Shown piece by piece: positions 30,933 to 39,603 of a DNA stretch of 56,040 nucleotides; positions within the stretch are counted from its first letter, which is position 1; each line of letters opens with the position of its first letter. The notes beneath the pieces were generated by a model, which was not told where the DNA came from, ran no database searches, and saw only the letters and a program-made list of their open reading frames with translations. This DNA is from a virus. Taxonomy: Duplodnaviria > Caudoviricetes. The position numbers were made by a program, and so were the translations under genes. The stretch covers positions 1 through 56,040 of IMG/VR virus record IMGVR_UViG_3300032269_000733; one strand, given 5' to 3'.

Positions 30933-30962
30933 TTGCAATGTTTCTTGAAAAACAATTATGAT
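30933..30962 (+). promoter_or_regulatory. Sigma70-type promoter for HNH/primase operon
   Basis: TTGCAA-N18-TATGAT with AT-rich upstream tract. Confidence 0.5.
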
Positions 30963-30970
30963 GGAATCTA

Positions 30971-31194
30971 TTCTTAATTGTCGGTGAAAAACGGTGGGAT
31001 TAAGAAGTATTGCTGATACCATGGGAAGTGCTTAGAAATCAGAAGAGGTGGCGAAGACAGAACCTCAGCACGAAACGTCTGTCGGGTCATACCGAAACCG
31101 TAGGGCAACGTATGTGAAGGCAGACATAGGATAAGGCTAGGTCTGCCCTCTCCGAGGGCAAGGTACTAGGTAGTACATAACACTAGGTAGTACA
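30971..31194 (+). ncRNA. Candidate structured leader RNA or structured DNA element upstream of HNH and primase-helicase
   Basis: Six short complementary pairs incl. one crossing pair; no long ORF. Confidence 0.45.
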
Positions 31195-31205
31195 GGGAAC
31201 AAGAC

Positions 31206-31436
31206 ATGGCAACAAAGAAAAGAGATTGGAAGCATGAGTATCAACTACAGAAACAACGTGGTGATGTAGAAGGATTTCTTGAACGACAAAAGGCAAGACG
31301 TTTGTATGACAAGAAAGGTGTAGACAGAAGTGGCAAAGACATTGACCATGTCAAGCCAATTCGTAAAGGTGGGAAAACAACAGTGGGGAATCTGCGACTG
31401 AGGGATAAGTCAAAGAATAAATCAGACAACAAGTAA
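31206..31436 (+). CDS. Small HNH endonuclease-like protein
   Basis: DIDHVKPI.KGG....NLR......N.S.N. Confidence 0.85.
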   Translation: MATKKRDWKHEYQLQKQRGDVEGFLERQKARRLYDKKGVDRSGKDIDHVKPIRKGGKTTVGNLRLRDKSKNKSDNK

Positions 31437-31449
31437 CAAGGCTAAAACA

Positions 31450-33132
31450 ATGAATGTAGGACAACTAATTGAGTCGGTATATATTGCCGATTCTGCAAGG
31501 GCAATCTGCCCATTCTGCACACCATCACGCAGAAAGCAACATGTAGAAGATTTCGTAATTACACGTACCGATGATGGTTATCGGTATTACTGCCATCATT
31601 GCCATGAACGTGGCTTTTACAGTTCTGAACCGAGGGGATATAACGTGATACCAATGAAGAAAGAGCAACCTGTAGTTTCCATGACAAGCCTACAACCTCA
31701 ACATTTAGATTTTTTAATATCACGTGGTATATCAGAGGCAACTGCCAAGCAAGCCAAATTATTTTCAGCTCAAAAATATTTTAGAAAACTAGACAAACGT
31801 ACTGATGCGATTGCCTTTCCTTATTTTAAAAATGGCAAATACATTTCATCCAAATATCGCAGTATTGAGGGCAAGGACTTTTTGCAAGATGATGGTGGAG
31901 CACACGACTTTTTTGGGATTGATGATGTGGATGTTAGCCATCCCATCGTCATTGTTGAGGGTGAAATGGATGCACTGAGCCTGATGGAATGTGGCATTCC
32001 CAACGTGCTTTCTGTACCTAATGGCGCACCCATGGCAGTCAAAGATGGCAAGGTGGATGCGAGTGAAGACAAGAAGTTTGCATTTGTATGGAATGCTCAT
32101 GAAGTATTAAGCAAGGTGCCCTATATCATTATTGCAACAGATAACGACTCAGCGGGTCAAGCACTTGCCGAGGAACTAGCAAGACGAATTGGCAAGGACA
32201 GATGCCGTATCGCCAAATCAGAGTACAAGGATTTAAACGAAGCATTACTTGCCGAAGGTGCAGACAAGGTTAAGGAAATTATTACAAACGCAGATCCATA
32301 CCCCGTTTCAGGATTGTCTTCACCTGCAAAATTTCTAGAGCGTTTAAACGACCTATGGAATAAGGGAACTAACAAAGGTGTGTCTACGGGTTATACCAAT
32401 GTAGACACCATTTACACGGTAGCACAGTCTCAACTCACAGTGGTAACAGGTTATCCATCCTCAGGTAAGTCTAACTTTATTGATCAACTCATGGTCAACC
32501 TTGCACGTAGCCATGATTGGAAGTTTGCCGTATGTTCATTTGAGAATCAGCCTGAGATTCATATCTCAAGATTCATGGAGATATACAAGGAGAAACGATT
32601 CTTTGATGGCAAGAATCGAATGACCAAAGAGGAGAAAGAAGAAGCGTTTAAATGGGTGGAGAATCATTTCATCATGATGGATTCTGAAACAATTGAGCCC
32701 ACAAGTATTGATTCTGTACTAGAGCGAGCCAAGATAGCAGTAACTCGTATGGGTATTCGGGGTTTGGTAATCGATCCCTACAACTACATTGAGAATAAAT
32801 CAGGTGGCAGTGAGCATGAATTCATTTCAAACATGCTGACCAAGATTCAAGCATTCGCCAAGGCTTATGATGTTCACGTATGGTTCATCGCTCACCCAAG
32901 CAAGATAACACGCTCAGGCATGGACTTGCCTCGACCTGATGGTATGGCGATTAGTGGTTCAATGGCATGGTGGGCTAAGGCAGATAATGGAATTACGGTT
33001 CATCGAGCAGAGCATCATGTCGAGATTGCCGTATGGAAGTGTCGCTATCGTTGGATAGGAACTCAGGGAGAGACTAAACTTGAGTACGTCAAGAACACAG
33101 GAACTTACATGGAGATTGTGGATGACTTTTAA
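31450..33132 (+). CDS. DNA primase-helicase (T7 gp4 / Twinkle-like)
   Basis: CPFC...CHHC zinc domain, TOPRIM EGEMD and DND..G, KDLNE, Walker A GYPSSGKS, VIDPYN, AHP. Confidence 0.95.
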   Translation: MNVGQLIESVYIADSARAICPFCTPSRRKQHVEDFVITRTDDGYRYYCHHCHERGFYSSEPRGYNVIPMKKEQPVVSMTSLQPQHLDFLISRGISEATAKQAKLFSAQKYFRKLDKRTDAIAFPYFKNGKYISSKYRSIEGKDFLQDDGGAHDFFGIDDVDVSHPIVIVEGEMDALSLMECGIPNVLSVPNGAPMAVKDGKVDASEDKKFAFVWNAHEVLSKVPYIIIATDNDSAGQALAEELARRIGKDRCRIAKSEYKDLNEALLAEGADKVKEIITNADPYPVSGLSSPAKFLERLNDLWNKGTNKGVSTGYTNVDTIYTVAQSQLTVVTGYPSSGKSNFIDQLMVNLARSHDWKFAVCSFENQPEIHISRFMEIYKEKRFFDGKNRMTKEEKEEAFKWVENHFIMMDSETIEPTSIDSVLERAKIAVTRMGIRGLVIDPYNYIENKSGGSEHEFISNMLTKIQAFAKAYDVHVWFIAHPSKITRSGMDLPRPDGMAISGSMAWWAKADNGITVHRAEHHVEIAVWKCRYRWIGTQGETKLEYVKNTGTYMEIVDDF

Positions 33133-33276
33133 AATGTGCATTAAGTACTTCCTGCCGTACATCAGCGTTTAAACGGGCAGACAAAATTGATACGTTGCAG
33201 GGAGCGTACCGATTTCGCCAACCCAAAGACTATCAACTAGTATCATAAAAAAATAAAGACGCAAAAAATTACAGGC

Positions 33277-33310
33277 AAAAAAAATCCCCCAAGGATTTCT
33301 CCAAGGGGGA
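33277..33310 (-). terminator. Intrinsic terminator of the leftward early operon
   Basis: Minus strand TCCCCC-TT-GGA-GAAA-TCC-TT-GGGGGA then T8, right after stop at 33316. Confidence 0.75.
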
Positions 33311-33315
33311 ATCAA

Positions 33316-33597
33316 TTACATATTGTCAACCTTTTCTTTAGCCATCAAAAAAATTCGGTCATTAAAAACATTGTGCAAGATAGCAAGCACTTTGTCGTTT
33401 TCGTTTTTGGCGAGCGATTCGACCAACTCATCCTGTACGCTCTCTAAACATTCCAACAGGTAGAAGTCTTCCACATCACCCACAACCAAATTACTTAGGA
33501 TAAGTTCTTTCTCTTCCTCGATCAGTTCATCGTAGGTGTCTTGCTCATCAAGGTGAGCCATCAATAACCGTTCGTTGTAATCATCTTCATTCATCAC
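33316..33597 (-). CDS. Acidic hypothetical protein
   Basis: 93 aa, very D/E-rich. Confidence 0.65.
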   Translation of the reverse strand: MMNEDDYNERLLMAHLDEQDTYDELIEEEKELILSNLVVGDVEDFYLLECLESVQDELVESLAKNENDKVLAILHNVFNDRIFLMAKEKVDNM

Positions 33598-33770
33598 TTA
33601 CCCTCACTTGGTTTAATTAAATGTAAATTTTTTTGAATCGACTTAGCCAACTCCAACGCTCGTTCATTCTTGGCATTAGGAAACATCTCCTTAGTCATCT
33701 CAAACGTGTTTAACAACTGACCAAACTCTTTCTGTAACTGCTCAAAATCTTTGCTGGTAAAATCTTTCAT
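33594..33770 (-). CDS. Hypothetical 58-aa protein (not in ORF track)
   Basis: GGGAG SD; MKDFTSKDFEQLQKEFGQLLNTFEMTKEMFPNAKNERALELAKSIQKNLHLIKPSEGK; fills gap exactly. Confidence 0.6.
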   Translation of the reverse strand: MKDFTSKDFEQLQKEFGQLLNTFEMTKEMFPNAKNERALELAKSIQKNLHLIKPSEGK

Positions 33771-33785
33771 TGTTTAAACTCCCTA

Positions 33786-33971
33786 TTATTCTGTAAAATG
33801 TAAAACAAACTCACCATGCATTTCATAACCACTTCTACCTTTGGGTATTGGTGTAAATGCATGAAGCCATAAGTTAACATCGTCATCACTTCCAACATCT
33901 GCACGAACCTCAACATCATCGTACTCGCTTGGTAAAGTGTTTAAAACATTTCTCAATTCTTTTATGTTCAT
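33786..33971 (-). CDS. Hypothetical protein
   Basis: M.IKELR..L..LP....D.EV start common in small phage proteins. Confidence 0.65.
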   Translation of the reverse strand: MNIKELRNVLNTLPSEYDDVEVRADVGSDDDVNLWLHAFTPIPKGRSGYEMHGEFVLHFTE

Positions 33972-33973
33972 GA

Positions 33974-34036
33974 TTAGCCTTTAAATAAATAATAAAAAAT
34001 AATAAATAGGATGATGAATAATATAATCCCTTGCAT
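33974..34036 (-). CDS. Putative 20-aa hydrophobic peptide
   Basis: TGATG coupling, AGGAGG upstream; MQGIILFIILFIIFYYLFKG. Confidence 0.45.
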   Translation of the reverse strand: MQGIILFIILFIIFYYLFKG

Positions 34037-34224
34037 CATGCATCCTCCTTAAACTCATCCAACCATACATCAAACAACGCTCTTGCTTCTTCAATACAAC
34101 TTACATTCAACTCACGCACCACATACCCTGAGTGATATACCGATGTGACCCATGATTTACCTTGCTTGGCATATTCAACAACAAACCCTGTGTCTGTTTC
34201 TACTGAGTGTTTAAACGCTGACAT
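34036..34224 (-). CDS. Hypothetical protein
   Basis: Start moved to MSAFKHS (AAGGA SD) to avoid long overlap. Confidence 0.55.
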   Translation of the reverse strand: MSAFKHSVETDTGFVVEYAKQGKSWVTSVYHSGYVVRELNVSCIEEARALFDVWLDEFKEDA

Positions 34225-34408
34225 GGTAATCCTTCGCTTGCTCGATGAACTCAATGTAATTGCGTTGCGCTTCAGCACTGCTCCATGATGTTGTAAAACT
34301 TGATGAACCCTCAGGATAGATGATGTAACTTTGAAACTCATCACCTCTGCGTTGCCATCCAACTTGACAACGATTGATCACTTGACTACCTATGCGACTC
34401 CATTTCAT
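34211..34408 (-). CDS. Hypothetical protein
   Basis: 65 aa, GGAGG SD, ATGA overlap. Confidence 0.55.
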   Translation of the reverse strand: MKWSRIGSQVINRCQVGWQRRGDEFQSYIIYPEGSSSFTTSWSSAEAQRNYIEFIEQAKDYHVSV

Positions 34409-34641
34409 TTTTCACCTCCAATTGCATTAACTAATTGCAATAATTTGTAATTGATTCGCATGCTAATTTTGTCAGCCAACTTACTAACAGTTCCACTGTT
34501 TCGCTCATTGATTGATTCATCAATCAACTCATCAATCAGTCCTTGAATTTCAGACTTCAACTTTCTTGCTTTAGATTTGCTAATTGTTAACTTCTTTTCT
34601 TCTACAGGTGTAGTACCTGAGTAACCCTCTTCGCATATCAT
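34405..34641 (-). CDS. Hypothetical protein
   Basis: 78 aa, GGAGG SD, coupled. Confidence 0.6.
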   Translation of the reverse strand: MICEEGYSGTTPVEEKKLTISKSKARKLKSEIQGLIDELIDESINERNSGTVSKLADKISMRINYKLLQLVNAIGGEK

Positions 34642-34793
34642 TTTAAAACCTCCATAATTAATTTTTGAACTGCACGATTTAATCTACGTTTAGCGATGCG
34701 CTTAACTGTAGGCTTACCACCACGATTGCAACAACATGAGCAGTTAATACCACCATGCCCCACCACCGTATACTTTTTGTATTTACCTTTCAT
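34638..34793 (-). CDS. Small basic Cys-cluster protein (not in ORF track)
   Basis: MKGKYKKYTVVGHGGINCSCCCNRGGKPTVKRIAKRRLNRAVQKLIMEVLK; ATGA overlaps at both ends. Confidence 0.6.
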   Translation of the reverse strand: MKGKYKKYTVVGHGGINCSCCCNRGGKPTVKRIAKRRLNRAVQKLIMEVLK

Positions 34794-35143
34794 ATAACCC
34801 CTTTAATTTCAACAATACGAATATCATCAGGCAACAAATGCGTTCCTATGTCCAAGCCATCTGCAAGTTCTTCTTCGAACCATTCTTCTAGCGCTTCTTG
34901 CTTAGAATCAAACAACCTCCCATCATCACGCACGTTTTGCCATCCCTCAAGAAGACCATCTCCGTAATACTTTTGAATCATAAAAACTCCATCATCATTT
35001 GATGCATCATCAACCCAACAACTTGAAGCACCAAAATCTAATTGCATGCCACTGCATGACTGCGTAATGCTATCAACAATAGCATCGGCTTTATCACTGT
35101 TAGCATCAACACCATTAAACTCTAAACAAATAATAACTTTCAT
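34790..35143 (-). CDS. Hypothetical acidic protein
   Basis: 117 aa with AGGGGG SD. Confidence 0.65.
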   Translation of the reverse strand: MKVIICLEFNGVDANSDKADAIVDSITQSCSGMQLDFGASSCWVDDASNDDGVFMIQKYYGDGLLEGWQNVRDDGRLFDSKQEALEEWFEEELADGLDIGTHLLPDDIRIVEIKGVI

Positions 35144-35152
35144 ATAACCCCC

Positions 35153-35374
35153 TTAGTGAATTGACTCATCATCAGGTATCGCAAAATGCGAGGATACTGA
35201 TGCAATAAAAAACATAATTAATTTCTCAGGCTTCATATTAGATAACTCAGCGCATGAACAAAGTAATGACATAAGTACAGGTACAACTACATCCATATCT
35301 TTGCCATGAATTGTTTCACCCACGATATTGAGCGTGCTAATAAAATCCTGATCTTCTTGACTATCTAATTTCAT
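35153..35374 (-). CDS. Hypothetical protein
   Basis: 73 aa with AAGGA SD. Confidence 0.6.
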   Translation of the reverse strand: MKLDSQEDQDFISTLNIVGETIHGKDMDVVVPVLMSLLCSCAELSNMKPEKLIMFFIASVSSHFAIPDDESIH

Positions 35375-35388
35375 TTCTTATCCTTAAT

Positions 35389-35404
35389 GAGGGGCAAGCC
35401 CCTC
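35389..35404 (-). other. GC-rich hairpin after vWA gene
   Basis: GAGGGG-CTTG-CCCCTC on minus strand; no U-tract, so likely a stabilising or processing stem. Confidence 0.45.
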
Positions 35405-35407
35405 GGT

Positions 35408-36208
35408 TTATTTAATTGCGTTTAACATCGTTGTAAATGATTGAGATGCCATCTCACTCAAGTCGTTAATAACTACTGCATGCTTGTAAGTCTTGCGCAC
35501 ACCATCTGCCTGTATGCCAACACCTATCAAGGTAATACCCAACTTCGTTGCAACCTCATCCAAGTACCTCATGTGGGTAACGTTAACACTACCTGAGTCC
35601 GTAAGAAAGAACAATACCTTGCGCTTCTCAGGGCGCTTGGCGAGGTCTTCGATGGATAAGAGCAAGCCCTGATAATCAGGGTTGCCACGAAATGCACAGT
35701 TCTCTATCGCACCAAGTTTCGGTATTGCTTTTTGCAATGTCTCTCCCCAATGTTTAAACGCATAGAAGCGAACATCTTCAGGTATGTATAAACTACCATC
35801 GGGTAACTCTTGCGTGTCCGACTCATGCTCTGAGTCAAAGCCAAAGACTCTGTATGAGACGTCTGCTTTGTCAAACACCTTGACCAATTGAATCACTGCC
35901 GATGCAGTCAACCTCATGCGAGCGCCCATTGAACCTGAGCAGTCAACAAGTATTGATACTGCCGACTTGTGTGCTTCCTTGTAGTCACGATGACTGAACA
36001 CTTGCGTACTGCCACAAGCCATGCGACTGAAAGCCTTACGGTCTAATTTGCCTGACTCTTCATAGTGCGACCACCCAACCAAGTCATTGGCACGTAGCAA
36101 ACGTAAGAGACTTGCACGTGTTGCACCAAAGCCTGAGGGTGTTGCATCGAACTTAGCCTTGAAACTATCTGTCGCTTCACTTCTATTGATTGTTAATTTT
36201 CTTTTCAT
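35408..36208 (-). CDS. vWA domain protein (CobT C-terminal-like)
   Basis: SGKLD, MIDAS ILVDCSGSM, FFLTD, GVGI; GGAG SD before ATG 36208. Confidence 0.88.
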   Translation of the reverse strand: MKRKLTINRSEATDSFKAKFDATPSGFGATRASLLRLLRANDLVGWSHYEESGKLDRKAFSRMACGSTQVFSHRDYKEAHKSAVSILVDCSGSMGARMRLTASAVIQLVKVFDKADVSYRVFGFDSEHESDTQELPDGSLYIPEDVRFYAFKHWGETLQKAIPKLGAIENCAFRGNPDYQGLLLSIEDLAKRPEKRKVLFFLTDSGSVNVTHMRYLDEVATKLGITLIGVGIQADGVRKTYKHAVVINDLSEMASQSFTTMLNAIK

Positions 36209-36218
36209 GATGACTCCA

Positions 36219-37139
36219 TTAAACAATATTAAATTCAAACAACTGCTCTGAGTTGAGAACAGGTCTATAACTTCTTTTATCAGCGCCACACTTCAAAGGC
36301 TTTGCTTCCTCATCAATGTAGTCGTTGATCTCAGGGTCACGAGGGTCTGTGCCATCGTCTTTCATCTTGCCCTTGTCTTCACCATCAGCACCACTAGGCT
36401 TACCATCGCCCTCGCTCTCGCTCTCGCCCTCGTCATCGCCTGATTCTTCACCACCCTTGCCACCATCCTTGCCCTCTTCCTCAGGCTCTTCAACACTTCC
36501 CTCTTCATCATCATCAAAGAGTCGCTTGTACAACTCAAGCGCAACCTCAGCGATGCGCATTGTGTTGAGTGCTTTGTGTGCTTCATCAAGCGCCCAACGA
36601 ATATGCTCCTCAAAGGGTGAACCTGTAATCAAATCAGGGATGTCGATTACATAACCGTTTAAACGTCTACCCTCAACGCATAGGATGAATGGTAGCGATT
36701 GCTTGGTCAACTCATCAGGAAAGCCACCCTTGACAAGCACGTTGTTGATAAGCGAATTAAACAGGTCAGCACTGTTGGGTGCATAGCCCGACTCAATTAC
36801 CTTACGCTCAATGCGTGGGTCTTCAAGAGCATTGATGAGTGTACCAACGTACTTGCCATGTTCACGAGCAGTGTCATGCCATGGTGCGTTGTTGGTGAAC
36901 CATACATGACCCAACTCATGCAAGATATAAGCAATCAAGTCATTGAATAATTTCTTGCTCACCTCTTTTGTTTCGTCAATCGCTGGCAACACGATGATTG
37001 CAGTACCTGAGTCATCGAATGTTACCTTGGCAGTCGCACCATGCCAAAGCATTTTGAATGTAGAGAACTTGCGACCACTTGATTGAAACACTTTCTGTGT
37101 GGCTGATTCGATGCCACGCTTTGCATTGATTGCTAACAT
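36219..37139 (-). CDS. CobT N-terminal-like zincin-motif protein with acidic tail
   Basis: LHELGH..FT, NALEDPRIE, long D/E/G-rich linker. Confidence 0.8.
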   Translation of the reverse strand: MLAINAKRGIESATQKVFQSSGRKFSTFKMLWHGATAKVTFDDSGTAIIVLPAIDETKEVSKKLFNDLIAYILHELGHVWFTNNAPWHDTAREHGKYVGTLINALEDPRIERKVIESGYAPNSADLFNSLINNVLVKGGFPDELTKQSLPFILCVEGRRLNGYVIDIPDLITGSPFEEHIRWALDEAHKALNTMRIAEVALELYKRLFDDDEEGSVEEPEEEGKDGGKGGEESGDDEGESESEGDGKPSGADGEDKGKMKDDGTDPRDPEINDYIDEEAKPLKCGADKRSYRPVLNSEQLFEFNIV

Positions 37140-37147
37140 ACAACCTC

Positions 37148-38572
37148 CTAGATATAAGATTTTAATTTGGATACATCAATCATCGCAGTGTAGATAGCAA
37201 GTAACTCTGCGTGACAATCCTCAGGGTAACTGCGAATGATTGCATTGGTGAAAGCCAACTGCACAGGTAAGCCACTCTTCACACCGATAGCCCAAGCCTG
37301 TAACGAGCGCAGACTAGGTGGCTGAGTCAACACACCACTTGCAACTTTCTGTCTAGCACTGTTAGCAAACTGCACCATTGCACGTGCAACTTCTTTGTGA
37401 ATGCCAATACGATTGGCAAGTAGTTTAGTTTCATCATCAGCATTGAGATACTCGAACTTCAACTTGAAACCAAACCTGTCGAGCAATGCAGTATTCATCT
37501 CACGTGTGCCATGAAATGAACCTGATGAGTCACCATAGCCGAGCGTATTGTCAGCGACAAAGAACACGACATCTCTCTTGACAGAAATTTTCTTGCCTGT
37601 CTCTGCGATGTTTAAACCACGATTAGGATTAGGCTCAACGATGGAGTGCAGTGTTGCCAATGCGTTAGGTCTTGCGAATGACAACTCATCAAGCAATACG
37701 ATTGCACCACTGTGTTGGATAGCCTTGGTAAGAATACCCTCCCTCCAAAATACAGTCCCATCTTTCACTGAGTCACCACCAATAAACTCAGCACGCTCCA
37801 TCGCTTCATCAAAGTTAATACGGTACAACTTGCGACCCAAGCGATTAGCCAACTGCGTGACGAACTCGGTCTTGCCTGTTGATCTCTCACCACCAAGCCA
37901 CGTGTTGATTGGAATGTTAGGTGCATGCAGTGCGATGAGTGCTGAGTGCAAATGTTGAGGGTTAAACACGTAGTCATCCAAGCAAGTAGGCGCATCATCT
38001 TTGTAGACAAAGACATCCATGTTGCTAAAGTCCACGTTCTCAGTGCCAAAGGTGTAAGAAAGTTTTTGACCCTTGAATACGTCTTTCACTTTCATTACTG
38101 ATGTGGCAACAGGCAATGAATCAGCAATCGCAGTCATCTCCTCAGGTGAGTGCGCAGTCTTGAATGAATCAAACAACTTAGCAACCTCGTGACGAATCGT
38201 TGTAGGGTCACTAGCACTACGAGACTCAGCCACGAGACAGATGCGCTCATCAAGTGATGCAACCTCAGTGAGCGCAGTATTGGTGCTTTCAAGCGCAGTG
38301 CTTAACTTCGCAGTCAACTCATCGACAGTGCGTTGTAATGCAACGATGTCACCACCACTGCTAGTGACAGGCTTAGGCGCTCTCACTGCTCCATCGTAAG
38401 GTGATGCCAACTTAACATCATCAACAGTAATGTGACCATTTGCAACAAGCAAGACAACATCATCTAGCGCTCTCGTCTTGACCGACTGAGGTGGCATACC
38501 ACATTGAACAAGCGCACCGTTTAAGCGTGCAAGGGATGTGAACTGCAATAAAGATTTAATTTCATGTGACAT
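37148..38572 (-). CDS. MoxR/CobS/CbbQ-type AAA+ ATPase
   Basis: Walker A GERSTGKT, Walker B LLDEL, N.ALLDRF arginine finger, S.R sensor; N-terminal coiled coil. Confidence 0.92.
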   Translation of the reverse strand: MSHEIKSLLQFTSLARLNGALVQCGMPPQSVKTRALDDVVLLVANGHITVDDVKLASPYDGAVRAPKPVTSSGGDIVALQRTVDELTAKLSTALESTNTALTEVASLDERICLVAESRSASDPTTIRHEVAKLFDSFKTAHSPEEMTAIADSLPVATSVMKVKDVFKGQKLSYTFGTENVDFSNMDVFVYKDDAPTCLDDYVFNPQHLHSALIALHAPNIPINTWLGGERSTGKTEFVTQLANRLGRKLYRINFDEAMERAEFIGGDSVKDGTVFWREGILTKAIQHSGAIVLLDELSFARPNALATLHSIVEPNPNRGLNIAETGKKISVKRDVVFFVADNTLGYGDSSGSFHGTREMNTALLDRFGFKLKFEYLNADDETKLLANRIGIHKEVARAMVQFANSARQKVASGVLTQPPSLRSLQAWAIGVKSGLPVQLAFTNAIIRSYPEDCHAELLAIYTAMIDVSKLKSYI

Positions 38573-38590
38573 TTTGATTAGCCTTTCTGA

Positions 38591-39193
38591 TTATTTAGAT
38601 AAAGTAAAACGTGTACCACACTGACACGTAGGCAAGCCCACCTTAGCCCACTTGTCTGACAAACGAATAACGTACTGCGACTTCAACTTACCTGTCAGGT
38701 CGTACTCAACGCATTTGGCACACACTGCCTTGAGCATGCGTGTTGACTGCGTCTTACGGTCAGCCTTGACGTTGAGGTGACCATGAGGGTACTCACCGAG
38801 TGACTCGACCAACTCCGAGAAGTTATCTCGAAAGCGCTTGCCTACCACTGTCGCAGTAGGCTTACCATCGAGCCACATGTCTTTGACCAAGCGAGGAAAG
38901 CGACCCTTGTGACCGTCACCATCAGTGGCACTGTGTGCCAACTCATGCACGAGAATGCCAAAGACTTCAAAGGGGTCATCAACGACAGGTGATATCAAGA
39001 TCTCATGTGTCGCATCAGATGATGCACGATTGCTCCAATGCTCACCAATCGCTCTGTTTAAACTGCGAGCATGCTTGGATGGAAAGCCACACGTCACACG
39101 AATGCTCTCAGGTAACGGATGACCCACGATGTCAAACACAGGGCGCAGTTCTTCAACTGCATTGCCCAACCATTGTTCACGATTAATAGCCAT
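38591..39193 (-). CDS. SprT-like zinc metallopeptidase with C-terminal zinc ribbon
   Basis: LVHELAH.....GH...F; CAKC...CQCG. Confidence 0.82.
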   Translation of the reverse strand: MAINREQWLGNAVEELRPVFDIVGHPLPESIRVTCGFPSKHARSLNRAIGEHWSNRASSDATHEILISPVVDDPFEVFGILVHELAHSATDGDGHKGRFPRLVKDMWLDGKPTATVVGKRFRDNFSELVESLGEYPHGHLNVKADRKTQSTRMLKAVCAKCVEYDLTGKLKSQYVIRLSDKWAKVGLPTCQCGTRFTLSK

Positions 39194-39495
39194 TATGAAA
39201 CCTCCTTGTAAAGTGTTTTAAGAACCAAGATTCTATTTTTTGCCATCGCAAATGCTTCACTCATGGCATCAGCAATTGCTTCCTGAGAGAACTCAGGATT
39301 AGTGCCACCACTACTCCAACCAAGACTGATGTCAATATCACCACGACCAAAAACTTTAAAGTTAACAATGATGCGACACACACCATCATGACCCCAATGC
39401 GTTGGTGACGTGTAAACATATCGCAACATGCCACGCACCTTACCATCTTCACCAATAGTGCTATGGTCTGTAATTACCTCTTGAATATCTGCCAT
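39193..39495 (-). CDS. Hypothetical protein
   Basis: 100 aa, AGGAGG SD, WSSGG motif. Confidence 0.65.
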   Translation of the reverse strand: MADIQEVITDHSTIGEDGKVRGMLRYVYTSPTHWGHDGVCRIIVNFKVFGRGDIDISLGWSSGGTNPEFSQEAIADAMSEAFAMAKNRILVLKTLYKEVS

Positions 39496-39504
39496 ACGAC
39501 CTCC

Positions 39505-39603
39505 TTATGAATTAGAAATAAAAGCGAGAGCAAAGAGATAACCAAGCCCAAGCATAACGATGACACCGACAACGTGTAAAACAAAATTAATGAAACGATT
39601 CAT
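39505..39603 (-). CDS. 32-aa single-TM peptide (not in ORF track)
   Basis: AGGAGGTTGT-ATG; MNRFINFVLHVVGVIVMLGLGYLFALAFISNS. Confidence 0.6.
   Translation of the reverse strand: MNRFINFVLHVVGVIVMLGLGYLFALAFISNS

Noticed and set aside
30795-30977. 60-aa plus-strand ORF
   Set aside because: Runs through a terminator-like hairpin and promoter; no SD or recognisable motif
31021-31134. ORF with in-frame TAG suggesting stop-codon recoding
   Set aside because: TAG terminates several clear genes (e.g. 2629, 9903, 37148) and coding density under the standard code is already high
30600-31200. tRNA genes in intergenic gaps (also 33133-33315, 40140-41000)
   Set aside because: No T-loop GTTCRA with cloverleaf found by eye; tRNAscan-SE would settle it
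35408-38572. Cobalamin biosynthesis genes cobS/cobT
   Set aside because: No cobN or other cob genes; generic MoxR/vWA system is the safer call
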